From Terriglobia bacterium (GTDB taxonomy: Bacteria > Acidobacteriota > Terriglobia > JAJPHL01 > JAPKYU01), in the NCBI GenBank assembly GCA_965206645.1, contig CBDBKE010000004.1, forward strand, positions 1,541,552-1,605,551: 64,000 bases of DNA. The letters are read 5' to 3'. The translations under genes and the position numbers were made by a program. Below the pieces are notes generated by a model. That model saw only the letters and a program-made list of their open reading frames with translations. It did no database searches and was not told the origin of the DNA. Positions within the stretch are counted from its first letter, which is position 1. Each line of letters starts with the position of its first letter. Shown here in pieces: positions 26,543 to 37,742 of this stretch.

Positions 26543-27445
26543 ATGACAAGTTACGATTGGATCAGGAAGTGCAGCTTTGCTTTCACCGCTTTCATTCTGG
26601 CGGTTTCTCTGCCTCTGGGGGCGGTCGCCGGGCCACAGACAAATAACCAGCAACCGGCTACTAATCAACAACCGGCCACGCAAGTTGGACAGGCCAGGCC
26701 AGAGACGCCGTCGGTGCCCACCGATGGAATCATCCGCCGATTCGCCGCCAAGGAGAAGGAATTCCAGATCGCGCGCGACAATTACACCTACCGGCAGACC
26801 GTCAAGGTGCAGGAACTGGACGGTGACGGGCGCATGCGCGGCAGCTTTGAAATGGTTAGCGACATCATCTTCACCCCGAAGGGGAAGCGCATTGAGAGGG
26901 TGGTGTATGCGCCAGTGAGCACCCTGCGCCGCATTTCCATTTCGCCTGAAGATGAGCGGGACCTGCGCGACATCCAGCCCTTCGTGCTCACCAGCGATGA
27001 CATCCACAAGTACAACCTCCGCCACCTGGGGCGGCAGCGCGTGGACGAAATTGACACCTACGTCTTCTTCGTCAAGCCCAAGGCAATCAAAAAGGGCGAG
27101 CGCTACTTTGAGGGACAGATCTGGGTGGATGACCGGGATCTACAGATCGTGAAGACTTACGGTAAAGCCGTTCCTGATATTAGAGGGAAAAAGGGGCAGG
27201 AGAACTTGTTCCCGCGCTTTGAAACCTACCGCGAGCAGATTGACGGCAAGTACTGGTTCCCCACCTACACCCGGGCTGACGACACGTTACATTTCCAGAC
27301 CGGCCCGCAGCGCATCCGTATGATTGTGCGTTACCAGGATTACAAGCAGTTCCGCAGCCAGATCAAGGTCACCTTTGAGGGGGTCAACGAGCCGAAGTCG
27401 CAGCCACAGGCGGATCCGAGCTCCCAACAGTTGCGAAATCCGTAG
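26543..27445 (+). CDS. LolA-fold / outer-membrane lipoprotein-sorting-like secreted protein
   Basis: Signal peptide, Gln/Pro-rich linker and a beta-rich LolA-like domain. GGAGAG RBS. Paralog of the ORF at 27681. Confidence 0.5.
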   Translation: MTSYDWIRKCSFAFTAFILAVSLPLGAVAGPQTNNQQPATNQQPATQVGQARPETPSVPTDGIIRRFAAKEKEFQIARDNYTYRQTVKVQELDGDGRMRGSFEMVSDIIFTPKGKRIERVVYAPVSTLRRISISPEDERDLRDIQPFVLTSDDIHKYNLRHLGRQRVDEIDTYVFFVKPKAIKKGERYFEGQIWVDDRDLQIVKTYGKAVPDIRGKKGQENLFPRFETYREQIDGKYWFPTYTRADDTLHFQTGPQRIRMIVRYQDYKQFRSQIKVTFEGVNEPKSQPQADPSSQQLRNP

Positions 27446-27680
27446 CGCTTGACCTACCTGGCAGCAGTGTTCACCTCTTTACGGTTGCGGCTCGCGTTTG
27501 CTCCAGGCTCGGGTTGCTCCATCTGGTGGGCCGCGCACGGGTACTTGGCATGAGCTACAGTCGTCGGCGATATACTAGACGGGAACGGGACTCGGGCAAA
27601 GCAGCTCGAGATATTGTGAGGTCACAGGCGGGGGGGCATACTCCCGCCGGAGATTTGCCTGTGCCGGTGTCGGGGGCCGG

Positions 27681-28604
27681 TTGCCCATGCTCTCCAAGGT
27701 TTTTCGCGGGATTGGCAGCTTCATCTTCTGGACGTACGCGCGCGGAAGCTGGCAGTACGACCTGATGTCTGCCCTCATCCTGGCGTTCATCTTCTTGACT
27801 CCGCGCCAGTTTTTTCACGACCGGCCTATTCACACCGAGGCACGCCGGGGCATGGAACTGCCGGCGGCGCTGTTGCTCCCCTGGCTGACCGCGACCGCTG
27901 TTGCTGCCGCCAACAGCAGCTCCAGAAATTCCTACCGCCTCGCTGCTGAGGAAGGAACGCCCGGCCCAGCGCCCACACTGAAACAAGTGCTGGCGGCAAT
28001 GGATGCGACCGCCGCCCGCTTCCGGAGCGCGGTTGCCAAGGTCACTTACACGAAGGTGACTCTCCTGGTAGACGACAAGTCCATCGAGGAGGGCACGGTG
28101 TACTTCAAGCGCCACCGGCGCAAGCGTGATTTCAAGGTACTGATTCACTTCCGCAAGCCGACGGAAAAAATTGTGCTGTTCCGCGACGGCAAAGCGTGGA
28201 TCTACCGGCCGGCGATTGCGCAAGTAGAGGAATACGACGTCTCGCGCAACCGGGAAGCCGTGGAGCAGTTCCTGCTGCTGGGCTTCGGCACCCCTGTCCG
28301 CCAGCTGCAGGAGGCCTATCACGTCGCCCTGGCAGGCCCCGGGAGCAGCCAGGGGGGGGGCCAGAAGACCTTGAAGCTGGAATTGGCTCCCAGATCGGCC
28401 GCCACCAGCCGCCACATCCGGAAAGTAGAACTCTGGCTCTCTCGGGATACCTGGCAGCCCGTTCGGCAGCGCTTCATCGAGCCCAGCGGCGACTACATGA
28501 TCGTCGAATTCACAGGGACCAAACTAAACACCGCCATCCCCAATTCCCGCTTCAAGCTGAAACTGCGGGGCAAAGTAAAAAAAATCCGCCCCCAGTCCCT
28601 GTAG
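27681..28604 (+). CDS. LolA-fold / outer-membrane lipoprotein-sorting-like protein. The start is uncertain; an alternative is 27852 (MELPAALLLPWLTATAVAAA)
   Basis: Domain similarity to the preceding paralog (DGKAWIYRP...VEEYD). N-terminal hydrophobic region. Confidence 0.5.
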   Translation: MPMLSKVFRGIGSFIFWTYARGSWQYDLMSALILAFIFLTPRQFFHDRPIHTEARRGMELPAALLLPWLTATAVAAANSSSRNSYRLAAEEGTPGPAPTLKQVLAAMDATAARFRSAVAKVTYTKVTLLVDDKSIEEGTVYFKRHRRKRDFKVLIHFRKPTEKIVLFRDGKAWIYRPAIAQVEEYDVSRNREAVEQFLLLGFGTPVRQLQEAYHVALAGPGSSQGGGQKTLKLELAPRSAATSRHIRKVELWLSRDTWQPVRQRFIEPSGDYMIVEFTGTKLNTAIPNSRFKLKLRGKVKKIRPQSL

Positions 28605-28743
28605 GGCCAGTCCATGTAGGAATAGACCTTGCCCTTCCCCGTATTCAAAGCCAGCGACCAGCTTCAGACCCAGCGACCAGCTGGACCAAGCAAACAGCGC
28701 CCGGCATTGAGTAGGTGGGGAGTAGGTGGGCAAACGCTCGGTC

Positions 28744-31317
28744 TCAGCGCCAGGTGATCAGGCCGGTGCTCATAGGCTCCAGGGCATCGGAGTGAGCCGG
28801 CAGCGCGCGCGCCGTGTACCCGTGCCGGCCGCTGCGCTCGCAGGGAATCACACCCGTGTAGTGGTGGATACCGTCCTGGCAGTTCTGCCAGTTCATAGGC
28901 ACGGCGCGGGCTTGGCTGATATGCCGTTCGGCACTGAGCGGCCCATAGTAGAGTTCGATGCTGACGTCCTTCGGCTCGATCGCCCCCAGGCGCACCCCGG
29001 CCCGCACTTCCAGCCCCTGGCCCACGCTGGGCATGTCCTTGTTCTGCGCCGCCAAGCTCTCGAAACGGATCTGGGACCAGTTCTGCTGCATGTCGCCTTT
29101 CCACTGAGCCAACACCCGGGAACGCTCCAGATTATTGGCTGTCATACGCGCCCCGAAGCGGGCCGCCGGCAGGTAGAAGCTCTCGGTGTACTCGTGCAGC
29201 ATGCGGTTGCAACTGAACTGCGGACAGAGCAAGCGCATGGAGTTTTTCATTTTGGTGAGCCAGTGGCGCGGCAGCCTGTCTTCGTCGCGACGGTAAAACA
29301 ACGGCACCACCTCGCTCTCCAGCATGTTGTAGAGGGCATTGGACTCCACGTAGTCCTGGTAGGCGGGGTCCTGGTATTCCTCGCCGGAGCCGATGGCCCA
29401 GCCGGCTTCCCCCCGGAAGCCTTCGTCCCACCAGCCATCCAGGACGCTGAGGTTCAGGCCGCCGTTGCCCAACACCTTCATGCCGCTGGTGCCGCTGGCT
29501 TCCAGCGGGCGCCGCGGGTTGTTCAACCAGATGTCCACCCCATGCACCAGGTAGCGAGCCAGCTGGATGTCGTAGTCCTCCAAGAACACCATGTGGCGGT
29601 GCAGTTCCTCCTGCTGGCAGGCGGCCACCAGTTCCTTGATGAACTCCTTGCCTTCGTTGTCGCGCGGGTGCGCCTTCCCCGCGAAGACAAACTGCACCGG
29701 CATGGAGGGGTTCAGCAGGATTTTCTTCAGCCGCTCCAGATCGGACAGCAGCAGGGTGGCGCGCTTGTAAGTAGTAAAGCGGCGTGCGAAGCCGATGGTC
29801 AGCACGTTGATGTCCAGCACGCCGCGCGCCTTGCGCAGCTCGGCCGGCGGCGCCCCGCGCCGCTCCAACTGCACTTGGAGCCGGCGCCGGATAATGGCAA
29901 TCATCCGCTGGCGGCGCCGCTCGTGTGTCCCCCACAGCTCCTCGTCGGGGATATCCTTCACCCGCTCCCAAATCCAGGCTTCCGCGGGACGGCTCCACCA
30001 CTCCGGACCCAAGTATCGGTCGAACAGGGTGCCCATCTCGTTGGAAACCCAGGAGCGCAGGTGGATGCCGTTCGTGATGCTGGCGATGGGCACTTCGTGT
30101 TCCGGAACCTTGGGAAAAAACTTCTGGAACAAGGTGCGCGAGACCTGCCCGTGCAGCTTGCTCACCCCGTTGGCGGAGGCGCTCGTGCGCAGCGCCAGTA
30201 CAGCCATGTTAAAGGCCTCCTGGGGATCAAACGGGTTGGCCCGGCCCAAGGCCAGTAGCTCGTCGCGGGAAATTCTCGCTTCCCGCAGGTACTCGCCGAA
30301 GTACTTGTCCATTAGGTCTGGGGCAAACACGTCGAAACCGGCGGGCACCGGGGTGTGGGTGGTGAAGACGCTGCCGGCCCGGACCGCCTCTAGGGCTTCG
30401 CGGAAGCTCACCCCGGCCTCCTGAATGTAGGTGCGGATGCGTTCCAGGGTCAGGAAAGCCGAGTGGCCTTCGTTCATGTGGTACACCATAGGCTGGATGC
30501 CCATGGCGTAAAGCGCGCGCACTCCACCCATGCCCAATACGATTTCCTGGCGGATGCGCGTTTCGCGGTCGCCGCCGTAGAGCTGGTCGGTAACGTCCTG
30601 CAATTTGCGCGGGTTGTCGGGGACGTTGGTGTCCAGCAGGTACAGCGGCACCCGCCCCACCTGTACCTTCCACACCTTGATCTTCACTCGCGCCCCGGCC
30701 AGCCGCAGTTCCACGAAGAGGGGCTGACCGCCTGCAGTCAGCACCGGTTCGAGCGGCAGGTTGTAGAAGTCGTTGGCTGGATAGCGCTCCTGCTGCCAGC
30801 CGTCAGGGGTCAAGTACTGCCGGAAATAGCCCTGTTGGTACAGCAGCCCCACGCCCACCAGCGGGATCCCCAAATCGCTGGCCGTCTTCAGATGGTCGCC
30901 AGCCAGCACTCCCAGGCCGCCCGAGTATATCGGCAGGCATTCGGCCAGTCCGTACTCGGCTGAGAAATAAGCGATGCACGGGCGCTCGTCGCCGTGCTTC
31001 TTGTCCCACCAGGTGGCCTCTTTCATATAGTTGCTGAATTTCTCGTAAGCCCGCGAATAAGAAGTCATGTAACTATCGTCGCGAGCCACGGCTTGCAGAC
31101 GTTCCTGGGCGATGCTGCCCAACAACAGCACCGGATTGTGGTAGGTCTCCTCCCACAAGTCGCGATCCAGCCGCCGAAAGATTTCGCGAACAGGTTCGTC
31201 CCATTGCCAGACTATGTTGTAGGCCATTTCCCGGAGTCCCTTGAGTTCTTCGGGAAGAGCCGGCTGTACCTGGAAGGTATCAAGTTGCAGGTTCATCATG
31301 GCATCGTTGATCGGCAT
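28744..31317 (-). CDS. glgP: Alpha-glucan (glycogen/maltodextrin) phosphorylase, GT35 with N-terminal DUF3417
   Basis: 857 aa. Conserved GLGNGGLGRLA-equivalent region ([28 protein letters not shown]), pyridoxal-phosphate region EASGTSGMK. Confidence 0.9.
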   Translation of the reverse strand: MPINDAMMNLQLDTFQVQPALPEELKGLREMAYNIVWQWDEPVREIFRRLDRDLWEETYHNPVLLLGSIAQERLQAVARDDSYMTSYSRAYEKFSNYMKEATWWDKKHGDERPCIAYFSAEYGLAECLPIYSGGLGVLAGDHLKTASDLGIPLVGVGLLYQQGYFRQYLTPDGWQQERYPANDFYNLPLEPVLTAGGQPLFVELRLAGARVKIKVWKVQVGRVPLYLLDTNVPDNPRKLQDVTDQLYGGDRETRIRQEIVLGMGGVRALYAMGIQPMVYHMNEGHSAFLTLERIRTYIQEAGVSFREALEAVRAGSVFTTHTPVPAGFDVFAPDLMDKYFGEYLREARISRDELLALGRANPFDPQEAFNMAVLALRTSASANGVSKLHGQVSRTLFQKFFPKVPEHEVPIASITNGIHLRSWVSNEMGTLFDRYLGPEWWSRPAEAWIWERVKDIPDEELWGTHERRRQRMIAIIRRRLQVQLERRGAPPAELRKARGVLDINVLTIGFARRFTTYKRATLLLSDLERLKKILLNPSMPVQFVFAGKAHPRDNEGKEFIKELVAACQQEELHRHMVFLEDYDIQLARYLVHGVDIWLNNPRRPLEASGTSGMKVLGNGGLNLSVLDGWWDEGFRGEAGWAIGSGEEYQDPAYQDYVESNALYNMLESEVVPLFYRRDEDRLPRHWLTKMKNSMRLLCPQFSCNRMLHEYTESFYLPAARFGARMTANNLERSRVLAQWKGDMQQNWSQIRFESLAAQNKDMPSVGQGLEVRAGVRLGAIEPKDVSIELYYGPLSAERHISQARAVPMNWQNCQDGIHHYTGVIPCERSGRHGYTARALPAHSDALEPMSTGLITWR

Positions 31318-31546
31318 CGAAACCCTCCTGCGGAAAAACCCGCGGACCGGAGAACAGGCCGGGCCATCTTACCTCAAAACCGAATTGCATACATCCGCTG
31401 AACCTCCCCAACGGTGCGCCCCTGCCCGAATCACGACCGCGCTTTCGGACCGGCTTGGCGCCAGCCATTGACACTCCTGGCGAATCCTTCGTAGAATCGC
31501 GAGTTGGCCAAATATCCGTCCGCCAAGTACCCTGCGAGAAGGCCAG

Positions 31547-31900
31547 ATGGATAAGAAGAAACTCGAGCATTACAAGCGGCGACTGCTGGCGAAGCGGGAA
31601 GAACTGGAGCGGATTGTGTCGCAGGCCGAACTGGATGGCCGCTCGGCGGACGAAGAGACCCCGCAGGATCTGGCCGACAAGGCAGCCAATTCTTATACCA
31701 AGGAATTCTTGTTTAGCCAGAGCAACCACGACCGCGACGTGCTCCAGCTAGTCCTCGAAGCGTTGGAGCGAATCGAAGAGAAACACTACGGCGAGTGCGT
31801 CCACTGCGACGGCGAGATGCAGCAGAAGCGCCTGGAAGCGGTACCCTGGGCGCGCCATTGTATTCCCTGCCAGGAAAAGCAAGAGCAGGGGCTGCTGTAG
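31547..31900 (+). CDS. dksA: DksA/TraR-family C4 zinc-finger transcription factor
   Basis: Coiled-coil followed by CVHCDGEMQQKRLEAVPWARHCIPC. Ends with TAG. Confidence 0.85.
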   Translation: MDKKKLEHYKRRLLAKREELERIVSQAELDGRSADEETPQDLADKAANSYTKEFLFSQSNHDRDVLQLVLEALERIEEKHYGECVHCDGEMQQKRLEAVPWARHCIPCQEKQEQGLL

Positions 31901-31928
31901 GCCCTGCCAGACTGCTCCGTTTCCCACC

Positions 31929-32702
31929 GTGTCGAAGCAGGCTGAAGTGGCGCGATTTGATTCCACGATTGGTCAGTTTTTTCACTCCCTGTTCGCTGTT
32001 CTGTTCCCCGACCAGTGCCGGCTGTGTGCCGAGCCTCTGGAGGAGCTGACGCGGGTTCCCGTCTGCCGGCCCTGCCTGCAGGACCTCCACCCGCTTCGGA
32101 CGGGCGCCGGGCTCTGCCACTGCTGCGGGATTCCCCGCGAGGTGGCAGCGGGGTCGTTGTGCGCCCGCTGCACAGCCGGCGAATATGATTTCCAGCAGGC
32201 CCGCAGCTTCGGCACCTACGCTGGCGCGTTGCGCGAGGTCCTGCACCTGTTCAAATACCAAGGGATGCGACCGCTGGCGGCGTCACTGGCCGAGCGGCTG
32301 GCCATTGTCTTCCACCAGCAGCAGTGGGACGGTGGCGAGTTTGCCGGGGTAGTGGCTGTGCCGCTGGCGCGGTCGCGCCAGCGGCAGCGCGGCTTCAACC
32401 AAGCACACCTGTTGGCCCGCGAATTGGGTCGCCGGGCAGGACTGCCTGTATTGGAGGACGCCTGCCGCCGCAGCCGCGCCACCGCGCTGCAGACCGGACT
32501 GACCCGAGCCCAGCGTTTGGGAAACGTGCGCCCCTCCTTCGCTCCAGGTCCCCGCGCCACCCTGTTGGCCGGCCGTGACATTCTGCTGATTGACGACGTG
32601 CTGACCACCGGCGCCACCCTCAGCGCCTGCGCGCGGACCCTCCGCCAGGCCGGAGCGCGGCGGGTCTGCGCGCTCACCGTCGCCCGCACCGTGGAATCCT
32701 GA
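31929..32702 (+). CDS. comF: ComF-family phosphoribosyltransferase (competence protein F-like)
   Basis: N-terminal Cys-rich motif CRLC...CRPC and C-terminal PRTase motif ILLIDDVLTTGATL. Confidence 0.8.
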   Translation: MSKQAEVARFDSTIGQFFHSLFAVLFPDQCRLCAEPLEELTRVPVCRPCLQDLHPLRTGAGLCHCCGIPREVAAGSLCARCTAGEYDFQQARSFGTYAGALREVLHLFKYQGMRPLAASLAERLAIVFHQQQWDGGEFAGVVAVPLARSRQRQRGFNQAHLLARELGRRAGLPVLEDACRRSRATALQTGLTRAQRLGNVRPSFAPGPRATLLAGRDILLIDDVLTTGATLSACARTLRQAGARRVCALTVARTVES

Positions 32703-32719
32703 GTGCCTCCGTCGCGGTT

Positions 32720-33463
32720 TTGTTGTACATTGGCGCTATGAAACGAGCGGCCTTTCTCTGCCTTCTGTGTGCGGTGGCGATGTGTGCCCAACAGCGACCG
32801 GTGGAAATCATCTCCAGCCCGCAGGGCGATATCCGCATCACCCCCATACGCCACGCCAGCGTGATGCTGCAGTTTAACGACAAGATCATTCACGTGGACC
32901 CGTGGAGCCAGGGCAACTACAGCGGTCTTCCGCAGGCCGACCTGATCCTGATTACTGACATCCATGGCGATCACATGGACCCGAAGGCCATCGCCCAACT
33001 GAAAAAGGCGGACACCAAGATCGTGGCACCGGCCGCCGTGCAGGAGACGGTGACCGAGGCGGAAGTGATCCACAATGGAGAGACCAAGACGGTCCTGGGC
33101 ATCCAGATCGAAGCCGTCCCGATGTACAACCTGAAGCGCGGACCCAAACCGGGAACCCTTTACCACGACAAGGGCCGGGGCAACGGCTATGTGCTCACGC
33201 TAGGCGGCAGGCACCTGTATTTTTCCGGCGATACCGAATGCGTCCCAGAGATCAAGGCTTTGAAGAACATTGACGTCGCCTTCCTCACCATGAACCTGCC
33301 TTACACCATGCCACCGAAAGAGGCCGCCGCCTGCGTCAAGGCGTTCCGGCCCAAGATCGTCTACCCCTACCACTACCGCGGCTCGGATCTGAAGGTGTTC
33401 AAAAGGGCCTTGCGGAAGTACAAGGAGATCGTGGGGGTACGCATCTTCGACTGGTACTACTGA
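32720..33463 (+). CDS. Secreted MBL-fold metallo-hydrolase
   Basis: Signal peptide. HGDHMD and later H/D ligand motifs (ILITDIHGDHMD...SGDTE) typical of the metallo-beta-lactamase fold. Confidence 0.7.
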   Translation: MLYIGAMKRAAFLCLLCAVAMCAQQRPVEIISSPQGDIRITPIRHASVMLQFNDKIIHVDPWSQGNYSGLPQADLILITDIHGDHMDPKAIAQLKKADTKIVAPAAVQETVTEAEVIHNGETKTVLGIQIEAVPMYNLKRGPKPGTLYHDKGRGNGYVLTLGGRHLYFSGDTECVPEIKALKNIDVAFLTMNLPYTMPPKEAAACVKAFRPKIVYPYHYRGSDLKVFKRALRKYKEIVGVRIFDWYY

Positions 33464-33507
33464 TGAGTGCCGGTGCTACTGATGAATGAAGGATGCGCGA
33501 CGATTCC

Positions 33508-34812
33508 TCACCCTTCATTCTTCACTCCTAATCTTCCGCTCTTCGCAAGCCAACCGCTCACCAGCACCGCGTAGAACGGTACGTACACCAGCAGCAGGAT
33601 CACAGGATTGTCTTCCCAGACTCCCAGCGCTGCATAGCCAATGAGCACTTCATAGAAGAGGAAGACCAGCACCGTAAACAACAACCAGGCAGGGTTAGGA
33701 AAAATGGCCAGCAGCGGCAGAATCCAGGTGAGGTACCAGGGAAAGACGTTGGCTGCGCACGCCAGGGTGGTTCCCAGGATAAGAAAGGCCGCCCGCAGGA
33801 GGGCAACTCGGCGACCGGCCAGAAATCCGGCCACGCCGGCCACGATCGCGACAAAGACGACGCTCGCTCCCGCGTGCGATCCGGTCACCGCGTGAAACAG
33901 GGCAAACAGGCTGTCATTGTTGCGCCATTGCTGGGCGAACATGGATAACCCGGGTAGCACCTGAACCAGGCCCTCGCGAAAGGGCCAGTACGCCACCGCG
34001 CCGCACAGCACCGGCAGCAGCAACCCGCGCCAGCGCCCACGTTCCATCCAACGGGCCAGCACCACCGGCCAGAGAAAAGCGGTGAATAGCTTGGACAGAG
34101 TAGAGAGGGCAAGAGCCACCAGGGACCAGGCCTTCTCGCCGGCTGCAAACCCGAGCAACGCCAGGAGCAGAAAGAAGACGGCCACCGAATCGTTGTGACC
34201 GCTGGCGGCAAACTCGATCACCGCCAACGGAGACCACCAGTAGACCAGCACCCGTTGCTTCGGCAACTTGAGCCGCCCCAGCAACAGCACCAATAGCAGA
34301 GCCGCGCCGAAGTCGAAGGCCAGCATCGGCACTTTCATCAGCAGCACAGACAGGTAAACGTGGCCGGGCGCCATGGCCACCGGGTACCAGAAGCGGAAAA
34401 GCAACTCGGTGAAGGGACCGTAAATGGCCACGTAGTGCTTGCCGGCCACCCCGGGGTAGGTTTCATCGCGCAGCTCGGCCAGCTGCGGGTCGGCCGGCGG
34501 GAGCAGGTAGGGGTTGTAGCCGGCCACCTGCATCTTGCCGTCCCAGCGGTAGCGGATCAGGTCATCGGAAAGCGAGGGATAGAGAGGAAACAGCGTCGCG
34601 CGAAAGACCAGGCCCGCGGCGAAGATGAACCGCAGTGTCCACCGGCCCGCCGCTGGCAACGGGCGGAACACCAGCCAGACCGAAATCAGGTATAATAGGC
34701 CGGCTGCCAACGCAAGCGCGATGAACCACACCACCTGCTCCTTCAGATTGTGTAGGAGCAGGATGAGGACGTAGACAGCTTCCAGGGCTCCGGCCAGCAG
34801 CCAAAAGATCAT
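33508..34812 (-). CDS. Polytopic membrane protein, glycosyltransferase-like (DUF2029/GT87-like fold)
   Basis: ~12 predicted TM segments. Conserved acidic loop near the N-terminus. Context: next to a GT2 synthase. Confidence 0.45.
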   Translation of the reverse strand: MIFWLLAGALEAVYVLILLLHNLKEQVVWFIALALAAGLLYLISVWLVFRPLPAAGRWTLRFIFAAGLVFRATLFPLYPSLSDDLIRYRWDGKMQVAGYNPYLLPPADPQLAELRDETYPGVAGKHYVAIYGPFTELLFRFWYPVAMAPGHVYLSVLLMKVPMLAFDFGAALLLVLLLGRLKLPKQRVLVYWWSPLAVIEFAASGHNDSVAVFFLLLALLGFAAGEKAWSLVALALSTLSKLFTAFLWPVVLARWMERGRWRGLLLPVLCGAVAYWPFREGLVQVLPGLSMFAQQWRNNDSLFALFHAVTGSHAGASVVFVAIVAGVAGFLAGRRVALLRAAFLILGTTLACAANVFPWYLTWILPLLAIFPNPAWLLFTVLVFLFYEVLIGYAALGVWEDNPVILLLVYVPFYAVLVSGWLAKSGRLGVKNEG

Positions 34813-34872
34813 CGGGGGATTCTGCTACCCGTTCTTCAGCGGGTCGCTCGTTTGAGCAAAGTATCATAGCGG

Positions 34873-36513
34873 ATGGGCACCCTTCTTTTATATCTGCCGT
34901 TTCCCGCCGGGCAACCTTCTCTCTGGAAGCAGGTCAAGCTGTTTCTCTTCGATCGCACCTTTGAAAATGTTTACCAGCCCAATGCCTTCGATGTGACGAT
35001 CCTGACGCCCTACTTCCTGGTGCTGGCCGTGCTTTCGGTCTACGGGCTGCACCGCTACTGGCTGGTGTACAGCTATTTTCGGTATCGCCGCCGGGGTGCC
35101 GGGCCGCCACTTGGTCGTTGGGAACGGCTGCCCCGCGTCACGATCCAGCTTCCGGTATACAACGAGCGCTTTGTGGTAGAGCGCTTGATTGAGAGCGTCT
35201 GCCGGATTGAGTACCCGCGCGAACTGCTGGAAATCCAGGTCCTGGACGACTCGACGGATGAGACGGTGGAGGAGGCCCGGGCCGCCGTGGAGCGCTACGC
35301 GCTTCTGGGGCACCCAATCCGCCACTTCCATCGAACCCACCGACGGGGCTTCAAGGCCGGGGCGCTGGCCGCGGGGCTGGAGAAAGCTGCCGGGGAATTC
35401 ATCTGCGTCTTCGACGCCGACTTCCTGCCGCCCTCCGACTTCTTGCAGCGCACCATCCATTGCTTCACCGACCCGGGCGTGGGAATGGTACAGACGCGTT
35501 GGACGTTCCTGAATCGCGAGTACTCGCTGCTGACCCGGGTGCAGGCCATTCTGCTGGATGGGCACTTCGTGCTGGAGCACGGCGCGCGCTTCGGCTCCGG
35601 CTGCTTCTTCAATTTCAACGGCACGGCGGGCATCTGGCGGCGCGCGGCCATCGAGCAGGCGGGCGGCTGGCAACACGACACCCTCACCGAAGACACCGAC
35701 CTCAGCTACCGCGCACAGTTGTGTGGCTGGAAGTTCCTCTACCTGCCGGACGTCGAATGCCCCTCGGAGCTGCCGGTGGAGATGACCGCGTTCAAAACCC
35801 AGCAGGCTCGCTGGGCCAAGGGCCTGATCCAGACGGCAAGAAAACTGATGCCGCGGATCTGGGCCGCCCCCATCCCCCTGCGCCAGAAGGTGGAGGCCTG
35901 GTTCCACCTGACCGCCAACATCAGCTACCCGCTGATGGCCGTTCTGGCTGTGCTGCTGCTGCCGGCCATGATTGTGCGCTTCTACCAGGGCTGGTTCCAG
36001 ATGCTCTATATTGACCTGCCCTTGTTTGTGGCGGCCACCTTCTCCATTTCCTCCTTCTACCTGACCAGCCAGCGCGAACTGTTCCCGCGCCAGTGGACGC
36101 GTACCTTCCGCTACCTGCCGTTGCTGATAGGCGTGGGCGTCGGGCTCACCATCACCAATACTCGGGCTGTGCTGGAGGCGCTGTGCGGAGTGGCCTCGCC
36201 CTTCCAACGCACTCCGAAGTACCGCATCGAATTCCACGCTCAACGGGTACGCCTGCGGCAATACCGCCGTCGCGCCGGCTGGGTTCCGGCCATCGAATTG
36301 GCCGTCGGCACCTACTTCCTGGCCACGGTGTTTTACGCGGTAGACTGCCGCAATTTTGTTTCCGTCCCCTTTCTGCTGCTCTTCGTCCTGGGTTACTACT
36401 ACACCGGCTTGATTTCCCTGATGCAGGGACGGTGGGAGGTGCTGGCGCGTCCTTTTCAGGCCCTCCGCCTGCGCTGGAGCAGGGTTCAGGTCTCAGCAGG
36501 CGTCAGGTTTTAG
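34873..36513 (+). CDS. Processive family-2 glycosyltransferase (cellulose/hyaluronan-synthase-like)
   Basis: D, DxD (DAD), TED and Q-x-x-RW (QQARW) motifs. N- and C-terminal TM helices. Confidence 0.85.
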   Translation: MGTLLLYLPFPAGQPSLWKQVKLFLFDRTFENVYQPNAFDVTILTPYFLVLAVLSVYGLHRYWLVYSYFRYRRRGAGPPLGRWERLPRVTIQLPVYNERFVVERLIESVCRIEYPRELLEIQVLDDSTDETVEEARAAVERYALLGHPIRHFHRTHRRGFKAGALAAGLEKAAGEFICVFDADFLPPSDFLQRTIHCFTDPGVGMVQTRWTFLNREYSLLTRVQAILLDGHFVLEHGARFGSGCFFNFNGTAGIWRRAAIEQAGGWQHDTLTEDTDLSYRAQLCGWKFLYLPDVECPSELPVEMTAFKTQQARWAKGLIQTARKLMPRIWAAPIPLRQKVEAWFHLTANISYPLMAVLAVLLLPAMIVRFYQGWFQMLYIDLPLFVAATFSISSFYLTSQRELFPRQWTRTFRYLPLLIGVGVGLTITNTRAVLEALCGVASPFQRTPKYRIEFHAQRVRLRQYRRRAGWVPAIELAVGTYFLATVFYAVDCRNFVSVPFLLLFVLGYYYTGLISLMQGRWEVLARPFQALRLRWSRVQVSAGVRF

Positions 36514-37336
36514 GTGGGTCTCCTAACTTTGCCAGCAGCAGAATATCCTGAGTCCCATACATGATGTTGACACGCAGTCGAAAACCAAGCGACTGAATCA
36601 GCTCTAACAAGAAGGACTCTTCATAAGCGATCGCATTCTCCGGATAGCAACCGCTGTGGGTGGCAAAGTACCCGTGGAAGCAAGGAAAACAGAGGGGATG
36701 CCTGCCTGTACTCCGGACGGCTTCTTCCCGAGAACGGTAGGTAAAAAATGACGCGTAAATGGTCCCGCCGCTGTCTGTCATGCGAAACAACTCCCTGAGA
36801 TAGTGTCGAAGGTCTTCCTCCAGCAGGTGTGTAAAAAGTGAGGTTGCAATGATCAGGTCAAAGGAGCCATCGGGGTGGGGGAAGCGGAAATCCCTGGCGA
36901 GTTGTTTTCCCTTGGGATTGTAGGAGCGATTGTAAAGATCGGCACAGTAGAACTGAAATCGAGTGTTTTTCGAAGCGATGTGCTTTTGGCACCAAAGGAT
37001 GGCCTTTGCGTCGACGTCCATCCCCGCGTACTGTACGTTCAACCGCAGAAGCTCAGGATCGGTGGCGAAGCAGTAGGCGACCCGGCCGCAACCACACCCC
37101 ACATCCAAGATCCGGCAGTTCTCTTTGAACAATCCCAGTCGGAAAAATTCGTGCAGAAACCAGGGTCCCACGTTCTTGAAACCTTTCGATCCGCCGGCCA
37201 GAGTGCGAAGGGAATAAGGTGGGAGGTGGAGTTGTCTGGTAAACAGCCGATAGAAAAACTCTAAGTGATCAATGACAGACGCGTAAAACCACCGGTATCG
37301 GACGTAACTTCTTTCACGCCACAGCAGAGTCATCAT
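36503..37336 (-). CDS. Class I SAM-dependent methyltransferase
   Basis: Motif I ILDVGCGCGRVAY and an acidic motif II. Confidence 0.75.
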   Translation of the reverse strand: MMTLLWRERSYVRYRWFYASVIDHLEFFYRLFTRQLHLPPYSLRTLAGGSKGFKNVGPWFLHEFFRLGLFKENCRILDVGCGCGRVAYCFATDPELLRLNVQYAGMDVDAKAILWCQKHIASKNTRFQFYCADLYNRSYNPKGKQLARDFRFPHPDGSFDLIIATSLFTHLLEEDLRHYLRELFRMTDSGGTIYASFFTYRSREEAVRSTGRHPLCFPCFHGYFATHSGCYPENAIAYEESFLLELIQSLGFRLRVNIMYGTQDILLLAKLGDPPKT

Positions 37337-37742
37337 GCTCTCGCTATCAACACGGCCCCAGACGATTTACTCTTTTCCCAATCCCGTGGCCGGCTGGCGT
37401 ATGCCCTCTCCCTGCCCGACAGTCTCGCATTCCAACCTGCGGTCAAACAGAGATTCGCGCTCCTGGACAAGCCCTGTAACAAGGACGCGCTCTTGGGCTC
37501 GGCTCACTCAGGTGCTTACGAGGCACTTCATAGTAGACTAACTGAGGCTGGAAGCGCGTTTTCAGTGACTTGGGTCGCAGGTTGCTCCAGTTGAAACGGC
37601 AGTGGATCAGCAGGCGAAAGGAGCATGACAGCGAGGCGGCCCCGCGCGAAGGGAACCCTTGTAGCCATCGGGCCGTGCTTCCTGCTGCCACTTGTTCGGC
37701 GCTATGAAGCCGGAACCTGAAGGCTGACGCCCGAGGCCCACC

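Noticed and set aside
28726-30258. 510-aa ORF on the plus strand
   Set aside because: Antisense to the glgP phosphorylase gene.
31898-31900. Hypothesis that TAG is globally reassigned to a sense codon
   Set aside because: dksA ends at TAG with a normal-length product and no plausible in-frame continuation. The three internal TAGs are better explained as pseudogenisation or error, though this is kept as a finding to be checked.
34888-36261. 457-aa ORF on the minus strand
   Set aside because: Antisense to the GT2 glycosyltransferase, which carries the D/DxD/QxxRW motifs on the plus strand.
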